This document shows, one piece after another, positions 10,099 through 18,142 of a DNA stretch of 64,000 bases. Below the pieces are notes generated by a model that did not search any database, had not been told where the DNA came from, and saw only the letters and a list, made by a program, of their open reading frames with translations. Source of the stretch: an uncultured Acinetobacter sp. (lineage in GTDB: Bacteria; Cyanobacteriota; Vampirovibrionia; Gastranaerophilales; Gastranaerophilaceae); NCBI GenBank assembly GCA_900321205.1, contig ONVC01000001.1, positions 20,426 through 84,425 on the forward strand. The letters run 5' to 3'. The position numbers were made by a program, and so were the translations under genes. Position 1 is the first letter of the stretch. Every line of letters begins with the position of its first letter.

Positions 10099-10632
10099 AT
10101 GGATATATTTGTGATAAATATGTCAGACACAGATAATGTAAAACCTGAACTTTTGGAAAAGTTCAGGCATAAAGAGTTCAAGAACAAAGCAAAACAAAAA
10201 GAGCACTGTTTTTCTTATCTGATGACTGACAGAATATTAAAAGAAGTGTATGGTCTTGAAAATCGGAATATAGAGTTTCTTAACGGAAAACCTTATCTCC
10301 TGACGCGTGAAAAATATTTTAGCATAAGCCATAGCGGAAAATATATTTTAATCGGGTTTTCTGACAATGAATGCGGCGCAGATATTGAACAAATGAAAGA
10401 GCGTGATTATGTTTCAATAGCTGAACGCATGAAGTTTAATGCATCAAATTTAGAAGAGTTTTATTCCGAGTGGACAAAGTATGAGGCGGAATACAAACTT
10501 GGCGGAAGCGATAAAGGTAAGAGTATTGTGCAAACTGTTTTTGAAAACTATATGATAACAGCTGTGTGCGAAAAACCTCAGGAAATTTTTGAGATTTATA
10601 TTCAGAACGGAGAAACTTTTTCTAATTTATAA
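10099..10632 (+). CDS. 4'-phosphopantetheinyl transferase superfamily protein (short Sfp-like)
   Basis: NGKPYL, FSISHSG, GADIE, FY.EWTKYEA.YK motifs. Confidence 0.75.
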   Translation: MDIFVINMSDTDNVKPELLEKFRHKEFKNKAKQKEHCFSYLMTDRILKEVYGLENRNIEFLNGKPYLLTREKYFSISHSGKYILIGFSDNECGADIEQMKERDYVSIAERMKFNASNLEEFYSEWTKYEAEYKLGGSDKGKSIVQTVFENYMITAVCEKPQEIFEIYIQNGETFSNL

Positions 10633-10644
10633 GCCCTATTATTC

Positions 10645-10671
10645 TAAAGATTCTGTATAAAAAACCGATAA
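10645..10671 (+). promoter_or_regulatory. Sigma-28 (FliA)-type promoter
   Basis: TAAA-N15-ACCGATAA, one mismatch to TAAA-N15-GCCGATAA. Confidence 0.6.
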
Positions 10672-10696
10672 CAGTTATTGTAAACGGGAGAATAAT

Positions 10697-10867
10697 ATGG
10701 CTAGAATAATTGAATCGGAAGGGTCTAAAAGGCGCATTATCAAACTTTCAACAGAAGATGTTTTGTCTGTTGTAAGGGAGTATCAAAAAAATGTAAGCAA
10801 AAGTGATTATATCCAAACCAGAGACATTTTGGAAAATATTGTGATGTACATTCCTGAAGATATTTGA
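10697..10867 (+). CDS. Small hypothetical protein (56 aa), absent from the ORF track
   Basis: MARIIESEGSKRRIIKLSTEDVLSVVREYQKNVSKSDYIQTRDILENIVMYIPEDI*. RBS GGGAG, sigma-28-like promoter, fills the gap exactly up to the stop of the convergent TPR gene. Confidence 0.7.
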   Translation: MARIIESEGSKRRIIKLSTEDVLSVVREYQKNVSKSDYIQTRDILENIVMYIPEDI

Positions 10868-12523
10868 TTAACCGCTGTTTGTAAGGTCTGCCAATGCGAT
10901 TTTTGCTTCTGCATGATTTGGGTCTTGTTCAAGAATTTCCATATATAACTCTTTTGCACGGTCTTTATTGTTGCCTTCACAGAGCAGGGCAAGGTTATAT
11001 TTTGCAGGAATTAAATCAGGTTCATAAGTAATTGCTTTCTCAAAAGACTCTTCCGCGTTTTTAACATCGTGGTGTGCAACATACATAAGTCCGAGTCTGT
11101 ATAAACCTTCGGCATTTTTGGAATCAATATTAAGCAAGTCGGATAATGCTTTTTTCTCTTCAAAGAAGTTGCCCAGTTCGTGTTGTGCCTGAGATAACAG
11201 GAGCAGATATTTTACCGTATATTGACTGTCTTTGTCATAATTTAATGCTTTTGTAATAAATTCAACAACATTGCTGAAATTTTTTTGTTCAAAGTGGTTT
11301 ACTGCATATCTATAATATACTTCCGGATTTACGGGGCTGTACTGAGCCGCCATATCCAGCAATTCTGTCGCTCTCGGAAAATCTTTAGCGTTTGCAGCAG
11401 GTATTGACCATTTGATATACAAATCTCCGATATAAGCATTAATAAGTTTTGCTTCTTTCGGAGCAGCTTTGTCAAGTAATATCATATATTTATCCAAAGC
11501 TTTCTGGTATTCTTCACAGTCCATATAAGCCTGGGCAAGTTTAACGGTAATATCAAAAGCGTTTTGAGACATCATTGCTAAATCTTCCAAAATCATGATG
11601 CCTTCGCTAACTTTCCCCAGTATTAAATTAAAATGAGCTATTCTGTCACGTATATTAAATTTATCCGACCCGGGGGTATCCAGCAGTTTTTCTGCATAAG
11701 CAATAGCTTTTTCATAATCTTGTGTTTCTTCATAAAGGTTGACAAGAGTTTCAAATACCCACAAAAGCATTTTGGGTTCTGTTACAAAGCTGAGCATAAG
11801 TAACAGAGTTTCAATCGCCATAGGCTGATTCCCGATTTTAATATACAGCTCGGTAAGTTTCTTGTTTGTCTCTACATCTTTCGGATATACTTCAAGTCTT
11901 GCTTTATAGGCTTCAAAAGCAGACGGAAAATCGTGTGCTTCTTCGCACAATGCAGCAATCGTGGATTGATAATCGGCAATCTCGCCCGGATCTTTAAGCA
12001 AATCTACCAGTTCTTTATACTTTGTAATAGCCATAAATAACTGGTCTGTACGGGTATATAGTTCGGCAAGAGTAAGAACAACTTCTTTGTCTTTCTTATT
12101 TCTTCCGTAAACGAGGTCAAATTCGGTAATTGCTTTATTTAGAAAACGTTTTTTGACATAACATTTACCGAGAACGTGGTGAGTTTCAATATCGTTTGGG
12201 CGTTCTTCAAGAATAAGGTTGCACTGGCGTATTGACTGATTATATTTCTTATCTTCAAGATATGCTTTTGCCAGAAATTTTCTGACCTGCAAGTGCCCAG
12301 GAACTCTTTCCAGATATTTGGTTGCAAGCAGTTCCACAAGAGCGTATTCTTTCTTACTGTATAAGATATCAACCTGATCCAGTATATTTTTGGTCGTTAA
12401 TTGTAAGTCTTCACCCTTTGAGGTAATGCCTTTGAACAATATAATGGAGTATAGTGCGTAGATTGCAGCACTTGCAACGACTACAGCCGTAATTATCAGT
12501 ATAATGTTAGAATCTATCATCAA
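10868..12523 (-). CDS. Membrane-anchored tetratricopeptide repeat protein
   Basis: N-terminal TM helix followed by many TPR units (e.g. AEGLYRLGLMY...AEESFEKAITYEP). Confidence 0.85.
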   Translation of the reverse strand: MMIDSNIILIITAVVVASAAIYALYSIILFKGITSKGEDLQLTTKNILDQVDILYSKKEYALVELLATKYLERVPGHLQVRKFLAKAYLEDKKYNQSIRQCNLILEERPNDIETHHVLGKCYVKKRFLNKAITEFDLVYGRNKKDKEVVLTLAELYTRTDQLFMAITKYKELVDLLKDPGEIADYQSTIAALCEEAHDFPSAFEAYKARLEVYPKDVETNKKLTELYIKIGNQPMAIETLLLMLSFVTEPKMLLWVFETLVNLYEETQDYEKAIAYAEKLLDTPGSDKFNIRDRIAHFNLILGKVSEGIMILEDLAMMSQNAFDITVKLAQAYMDCEEYQKALDKYMILLDKAAPKEAKLINAYIGDLYIKWSIPAANAKDFPRATELLDMAAQYSPVNPEVYYRYAVNHFEQKNFSNVVEFITKALNYDKDSQYTVKYLLLLSQAQHELGNFFEEKKALSDLLNIDSKNAEGLYRLGLMYVAHHDVKNAEESFEKAITYEPDLIPAKYNLALLCEGNNKDRAKELYMEILEQDPNHAEAKIALADLTNSG

Positions 12524-12683
12524 ATATTCTCGTTTTGTTTAATAAACAATAATATTATTATATACTATAATCCGAAAAAATAAAAATTTATTCATACAAA
12601 GGGTTTAGTGTCATTGCAAAGCGGAAACACAATGTCATATTTTTGGTGGTTTACTTTTATAAAAAAAACGTTATATTTAAAAT

Positions 12684-13274
12684 ATGAAAAAATCAGCAGT
12701 AATACTTGTTTTTTTATCGTTTCTAATAATGCCGCAAGCTATGCCGGAGGATTTTTCGTCTAATAATGCGGTAATAGAGCACGCCTGGGACGGACAAAAG
12801 CCTATTACGGATGCAGAGTTTGAAAAAGCAATAAATACTCTTACGGAGAAACAAAAGAAAAAAGAAGAAAAAGCCAAGAAGAAAAAAATAAAAAAAATAA
12901 GCGGCGGCGGAACAAGTTTACATAAAGGCTTGGAGCCAATGAGCGAGATATCCGCACAGGAAGCACTTAAGGAAAAAGGTGAATTTGACGGTCAGCTTTT
13001 AAATATGCCGGTTGATTTTATTGTTGACGGGAAGGTACTTGAAAGAGGGTATTATAACGTTTTTGGTGAAAAGGATAAGAACGGTGATGTTTATTTGTCA
13101 TTCTACCAGGCGCACTATTTTAAAGGTAAAGTAAAAGCAAAAACAACAAATAATGATTTTGGTGATGAACTTCTGGATTTTGTAAAAATAGAGCCTTATA
13201 ACGAAGATTATATCAGGATTATGTACGGTTCTTTGGATTTTAATGCTTATGCTTATCTGAGATGCAAGAATTAA
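12684..13274 (+). CDS. Exported hypothetical protein
   Basis: Signal peptide MKKSAVILVFLSFLIMPQAMP, 196-aa ORF. Confidence 0.7.
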   Translation: MKKSAVILVFLSFLIMPQAMPEDFSSNNAVIEHAWDGQKPITDAEFEKAINTLTEKQKKKEEKAKKKKIKKISGGGTSLHKGLEPMSEISAQEALKEKGEFDGQLLNMPVDFIVDGKVLERGYYNVFGEKDKNGDVYLSFYQAHYFKGKVKAKTTNNDFGDELLDFVKIEPYNEDYIRIMYGSLDFNAYAYLRCKN

Positions 13275-13278
13275 AAAA

Positions 13279-13702
13279 GAATAAAGCAGCTCATAAGCCG
13301 TGTTCTGTTTTTCTGCTAACTTCAAACCGGTAGTTTGCTCTGTTAACAGGGGATAATTATTTACCCCGATAATCATCTGTCTGGTATTAGGATTACTCCT
13401 AATCTCTAGCGATTTTTCAAGCTCGGCGGACACCTCAAACGCTTGTTTCAATCTTGCATCCGACTGGGGGTTGCCTGGCATATACTTCTCAGCATACCCG
13501 GTGAGCTCTTACCTCACCTTTGCACCATCGCCTGTGATATAAAATCCATCGGCAGTCTTTTGGGAGTTGGAAACTCCCCTTTCTGTGGTCCGATCCACCG
13601 GCTCACGCCGTCCGGAGTTTCTCCGGAGGCCTGTTCTGGGATGCACGGACTTTCCTCACAAGGTATTAATTTACCCCGCGCGATTATCCGGCTGCTTTAT
13701 TC
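13279..13702 (-). ncRNA. rnpB: RNase P RNA (type A)
   Basis: Minus strand has GAGGAAAGTCCGTGCA near the 5' end and ACAGAACACGGCTTAT near the 3' end. Terminal P1 helix GAATAAAGCAGC/GCTGCTTTATTC, followed by a T-run. Confidence 0.93.
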
Positions 13703-13724
13703 TGTATCTATTATACCGTAAAAA

Positions 13725-13968
13725 TTAAATAATTTGATATAAATCAGTTTTTTCCATAATATTGCCGATATCGTGTTGTTCTCCGTCAAAATCCAAATAT
13801 ACTCCGCCGTTTTTCGGGGTTTTCCCTATAATTTCCATCGTTGCGTCTTCAATATATTTATATTCGGTCATATCAACCTTATGTAGTCCATTCATTTGAT
13901 TGGCTGCCGAGCGCCGTGCAACAATGAGAATGATTTCCTAAGCAAAGTGCATATTTTATATCGTTCAT
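13725..13968 (-). pseudogene. Gene remnant in two frames
   Basis: MNDIKYALCLGNHSHCCTALGSQSNEWTT* (13968-13879) overlaps a second frame ...LHKVDMTEYKYIEDATMEIIGKTPKNGGVYLDFDG...DLYQII* (ending 13725). Both look protein-like. Adjacent to a repeat element. Confidence 0.4.
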
Positions 13969-14001
13969 ATTGTATATTTTGATAAAAAAATAATAACTAA
14001 T

Positions 14002-14371
14002 ATGTGACTTTCTTTATCATAAAAGAAAGTCACCAAAGAACCTGCCCGAACCGGAACTTCGCTCATTAATCAATTCTATAGTTCAGCTAAAGGCGGACAA
14101 ACTCACTACGTTCAGACAAAGTCCGCCTTGTTGTTGCTTCACTATGATTGATTATTCGCTCCGTTAGGTTCGGGATAGATTTTTTACGTCTTCGGAGCCT
14201 AACGAAGCGAGCAATCATTGTTTGCGAAACAATGTCAAGCCGAGTATTGTTTGACGAACAAAGTGAGGAGTTTGCGAGGCTCTGGTTGAGCTATACAAAT
14301 GATTAGCGAGCGTAGTTCGAGCTCCGAGAGTTTCTTTTTGTCCCTTTCTTTGCGGTCAAAGAAAGGGACAT
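14002..14371. repeat. Composite inverted repeat of two homologous ~175-nt hairpin units (MITE/REP-like)
   Basis: 14002-14175 aligns with the reverse complement of 14191-14371. Ends are ATGTGACTTTCTTT... and ...AAAGAAAGGGACAT. Confidence 0.8.
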
Positions 14372-14395
14372 GTAAAAAATATTTTATTAACTTTA

Positions 14396-14421
14396 TACAT
14401 CAAAATATACATTTTGATGTA
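14396..14421 (-). terminator. Hairpin downstream of ftsY
   Basis: TACATCAAAAT-atac-ATTTTGATGTA, an AT-rich stem. Confidence 0.45.
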
Positions 14422-14430
14422 TTTATAAAT

Positions 14431-15333
14431 TTATTCAAATAAAGCATTTATAAACTCTTTTGAGTCAAAATTTTTCAAGTCTTCCATTTTTTCACCAACA
14501 CCGACAAGTTTAACAGGAAGTTCCAGCTCTTTTGCTATTGCAAGAACTATTGCTCCCTTAGCTGAACCGTCAAGTTTTGTCAGTGCAACAGAAGTTAAAT
14601 TTACGCACTCTTTAAAAACTTTTGCCTGCTGCAACCCGTTTTGCCCTGTGTTTGCATCAATTACCAAAATACTTTCTCTCAAAGATTCGGGAGCATTTTT
14701 GTCGATAACAGTTTTTATTTTTGAAAGTTCTTCCATTAAGTTGAACTTGTTTTGAAGCCTTCCAGCAGTATCAACAAGTATTACATCATACTTTTCATTT
14801 ACCCCCTTTTGAATTGCCTCATATACAACTGATGCAGGGTCTGCTTTGTCTCTTCTTACGATATCTGCTCCGGAACGTCTTGACCAAATATCAACCTGTT
14901 CCTCAGCAGCGGCTCTGAATGTATCACCGGCTGCGATAAGTACACGTTTGCCTTCTTGCTTAAATCTGTATGCCAGTTTTCCGATTAGAGTTGTTTTACC
15001 TGCTCCGTTGACGCCCGTTATGAAATAAATATTCAACTCGTTTTCTTTATAACTTAACTCTGATGAACCGGTTGTTTCAAGAATTTTTAAAAATTCATTC
15101 TGCAAAAAATCTTTTACCTGAGACGGCTTAATCATATCCTGTCCTCTCAGTTTGTCAACAAGTTCTGAGGCGTAATCTACGCCTAAATCCGCGCTGATAA
15201 GCATATCTTCCATATCGTCCAGAACAAAATCTGAAAACTCAGGTTCTTCGTTTACGGTATCAACGATATTTCCAACAAGTGCCTGTGCGGTTTTTGAAAC
15301 AGTGCTTTTGAGTTTGTCAAAAAAGTTGAACAT
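14431..15333 (-). CDS. ftsY: Signal recognition particle receptor FtsY
   Basis: GVNGAGKTT, DTFRAAA, DTAGRLQ, TKLDGSAKG, GVGEKMEDL. Confidence 0.96.
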   Translation of the reverse strand: MFNFFDKLKSTVSKTAQALVGNIVDTVNEEPEFSDFVLDDMEDMLISADLGVDYASELVDKLRGQDMIKPSQVKDFLQNEFLKILETTGSSELSYKENELNIYFITGVNGAGKTTLIGKLAYRFKQEGKRVLIAAGDTFRAAAEEQVDIWSRRSGADIVRRDKADPASVVYEAIQKGVNEKYDVILVDTAGRLQNKFNLMEELSKIKTVIDKNAPESLRESILVIDANTGQNGLQQAKVFKECVNLTSVALTKLDGSAKGAIVLAIAKELELPVKLVGVGEKMEDLKNFDSKEFINALFE

Positions 15334-15339
15334 TTTATT

Positions 15340-15373
15340 CCCTCACCCTAACCCTCTCCCGACGGGCGAGGGG
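15340..15373 (+). repeat. BoxC-like extragenic palindrome
   Basis: CCCTCACCCTAACCCTCTCCC-gac-GGGCGAGGGG, resembling the enterobacterial BoxC repeat. Confidence 0.7.
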
Positions 15374-15395
15374 ATGATTTTTGTTATATTTACCC

Positions 15396-16058
15396 CTACC
15401 CCTTTAAACCGTTTTCTACAATTACTTTTGCCAAAACACCGTTTACGAAAGAAGATGAATCGTCAGTAGAATACTTTTTAGCAAGTTCAACCGCTTCATC
15501 AACAATAACTTTGAGCGGTGCACCTTTTGTATAAAGGAGTTCTGTTATAGCAATTCTTAATATGTCTTTGTCGATTTTTACCAGTCTTGAAATATCCCAG
15601 CCGTTTGAATATTTCTGAATTTGTTCATCAACGGCTTTGTTGTTGTTCTTAAACTGTTCTGCAATTTCAATTGTATAATTTTTTACTTCCGATTGATTCT
15701 CAAGAGTAGTAAACTCTGCTATTTCCAAAGCTAAAATAGCTTTTTCCGCAACATCCAGCATAGTATCTACCTTGCCTATCATATCATCCGTCATAGGAAT
15801 TTGAACAGGCTTGTTCTTTGCGCCAAGTGGTCTTGACAGATTAGATTCGTGTTCTGCTTCATAAGAAGAGAGTGCTTCTTTGATGTCAATTAATGAACCT
15901 ACCGTCAGATTAAGTTCTTCCAGAGCAGAGTTTGATAAAATCCTTACGGATTTTACCATTATTTCTTCAAAATCTTTTTTTGAATATTTTGTTATTTCTT
16001 TTTCAAACTGTGAAAATAATATAAGTGCAAGTTCTCTTGCAGCACGTCTTGCCTGCAT
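15396..16058 (-). CDS. nusB: Transcription antitermination factor NusB (long cyanobacterial-like form)
   Basis: MQARRAARELAL, W...RL..IDKDILR, DEAVELAKKYS...S.FVNGVL. Confidence 0.93.
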   Translation of the reverse strand: MQARRAARELALILFSQFEKEITKYSKKDFEEIMVKSVRILSNSALEELNLTVGSLIDIKEALSSYEAEHESNLSRPLGAKNKPVQIPMTDDMIGKVDTMLDVAEKAILALEIAEFTTLENQSEVKNYTIEIAEQFKNNNKAVDEQIQKYSNGWDISRLVKIDKDILRIAITELLYTKGAPLKVIVDEAVELAKKYSTDDSSSFVNGVLAKVIVENGLKG

Positions 16059-16137
16059 AATAGTTCTCCTATAAATTAATTATAAGATATATGTTATCAT
16101 GAACAGAAATCAGGGTAAATACAGGCTAAAATTTTAT

Positions 16138-16827
16138 TTATTTAACATTAAATTTTTTATAATTTTTTTCAATTTTATCATCAATTGTTGCAGACTCACT
16201 TACTTTATTGAGAAGCTCTGTTCCTGCTTTAACGGCAAATTCTCCGGCTTCTTTCTTTTCACGCCCGGTTCCGCCAAACAGGCTTCGCCAGAAACTTTTT
16301 GTTTTAAGTTCGGTATCAGCAAGCGGTTGACCTTTTTCTACGGCTGTTGTACCGTAATCTTTTGCAACTGCTTCTTTTGATTTGTATTTGCCTGTTTGTT
16401 CCTCGCTTTTTGCTTTTACTTCGTTACCTTTCTCAAGAACTTGATTGTCGCTGTCTTCCATAAGCGTTTTTAGTTCGCCTTTCTTTGATTCAAGCTCCAG
16501 TCGTTCTTCTTCGGTTATTGTACCTTTTTGTTCTTTCTTTTCAAGTTCTTTTATTTCTTTGTAAAGTTTTTTGATTTTTTCACTAATTTCTTCCTGAAGG
16601 TCCTCGAGAGAGTCAACGTCGTTTTCCAAATCAATCAGGTATTCATTTTGGTCTTCAATTATTTCGTCATAAGCTTCTGACATGGTGTTACACAGATTTC
16701 CGAGATATTTTACGGCTGCAACTTCTCCTCTTGCAAACCAACAGCCGCCGACTCCGTTTTCTTTAACGTTGTTGAACATATCTTCTGCATTTGTTTTAAC
16801 GCCGATTTTCCATATCTCTGATGACAT
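16138..16827 (-). CDS. Coiled-coil hypothetical protein, no signal peptide
   Basis: 229-aa E/K-rich heptad ORF, RBS GAGG. Confidence 0.75.
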   Translation of the reverse strand: MSSEIWKIGVKTNAEDMFNNVKENGVGGCWFARGEVAAVKYLGNLCNTMSEAYDEIIEDQNEYLIDLENDVDSLEDLQEEISEKIKKLYKEIKELEKKEQKGTITEEERLELESKKGELKTLMEDSDNQVLEKGNEVKAKSEEQTGKYKSKEAVAKDYGTTAVEKGQPLADTELKTKSFWRSLFGGTGREKKEAGEFAVKAGTELLNKVSESATIDDKIEKNYKKFNVK

Positions 16828-16847
16828 ACTGATACCTCATGTCTTAC

Positions 16848-16920
16848 TCTTACGTATATGTAAAGTATTTTTTTTGTAATCAATTTCAAAAGAAAAATTT
16901 TTTGTTACATTTGTAACAAA
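16848..16920 (-). promoter_or_regulatory. Promoter with variant tandem TGTAAC box, near-copy of the promoter at 22036-22109
   Basis: TGTAACAAAA-N7-CTTTTGAAATT-N11-AAATACTT-N3-ATATACGTAAGA aligns without gaps to the region upstream of 22132. Confidence 0.65.
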
Positions 16921-16954
16921 TGTGATATAATTCTTTTGTTCGGAGGGTTTGTAT

Positions 16955-18139
16955 ATGGGTAAAAAACGTGCAATTATAATGGTAATAGATTCTATGGGCT
17001 GTGGTGCAATGCCAGACCACGCTGATTTTGGTGATATTGCCGAGTGTAATACATTAAAAAATGTTGCACATTTTAATAACGGTTTGGAAGTTCCTGTTCT
17101 TGAAATGATGGGACTTGGAAATATAGGTGATTTTGAAGGAATATTCGGAACAAATTCGCCGATTGCACAATATGGTATTTTAAGAGAAAAATCCAAAGGT
17201 AAAGATACTACGACCGGGCACTGGGAAATTGCGGGACTTGTATCCGAAAAACCGTTTGCAACTTTCCCCGAAGGTTTTCCGAAAGAACTTATTGATAAAT
17301 TTATCAAAGAAACAAATTGCGGCGGAATACTTGCGAATATTCCGGCAAGTGGAACAGCTATTATTGAACAACTTAATGATGAACATCACAAAACAAAATT
17401 CCCGATAGTTTACACATCGGCAGACAGCGTATTTCAAATTGCGCTTGATACGGATATGATACCTCTGGAAACCCTGTATAAATGGTGTAATATTGCAAGA
17501 AAACTTCTTGATGAAGGGAATTATAATGTTGCAAGAGTAATTGCAAGACCTTACAAAATAATTGACGGAAAACCGACAAGAATTTCAAAGGACAGGCGAG
17601 ATTATTCAATGGCACCTCCGAAAGATACAATTTTGGACAAATACAAAAATGCCGGAGTTAAAGTAATCGGTATCGGAAAAATTGAAGATATTTTTTCAAA
17701 GGCAGGTATTACACACGCTATACACACAGGCTCAAACAAGGAAGGTCTGGAACTTACAATAAAAGCAATTGACGGAACTCTGGATTTAGACAGTATTAAA
17801 TACAAAGATGCAAATATTACCGATAACGAACGGGAAATAATTTTTACAAATCTTGTTGATACGGATATGCTTTTCGGACACAGAAATGATGCGGCAGGTT
17901 ACGGCAGGGCAATAGAAGAGATAGATAGTTATCTGAAGAAGATTTTACCCCTGATAACAGAAGACGATTTGCTGGTGATTACGGCTGACCACGGGTGTGA
18001 CCCTACTGTTCCTGGAACCGACCATACAAGAGAACAGGTTCCGGTTCTTTATTATTCAAAAAACATCGAACCAAAGGCTCTGGGTACGGAACAAGGTTTT
18101 GACACAATCGCAAAAAGAGTGGAAGAGTGGTTAAGCTAG
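16955..18139 (+). CDS. deoB: Phosphopentomutase
   Basis: DSMGCG, S.GKDTTTGHWE, YTSADSVFQ, RVIARP, TADHGCDPT..GTDHTRE. Confidence 0.95.
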   Translation: MGKKRAIIMVIDSMGCGAMPDHADFGDIAECNTLKNVAHFNNGLEVPVLEMMGLGNIGDFEGIFGTNSPIAQYGILREKSKGKDTTTGHWEIAGLVSEKPFATFPEGFPKELIDKFIKETNCGGILANIPASGTAIIEQLNDEHHKTKFPIVYTSADSVFQIALDTDMIPLETLYKWCNIARKLLDEGNYNVARVIARPYKIIDGKPTRISKDRRDYSMAPPKDTILDKYKNAGVKVIGIGKIEDIFSKAGITHAIHTGSNKEGLELTIKAIDGTLDLDSIKYKDANITDNEREIIFTNLVDTDMLFGHRNDAAGYGRAIEEIDSYLKKILPLITEDDLLVITADHGCDPTVPGTDHTREQVPVLYYSKNIEPKALGTEQGFDTIAKRVEEWLS

Positions 18140-18142
18140 ATT

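Noticed and set aside
13098-13721. ORFs 13098..13481 (-) and 13443..13721 (+)
   Set aside because: They overlap the RNase P RNA and are spurious translations.
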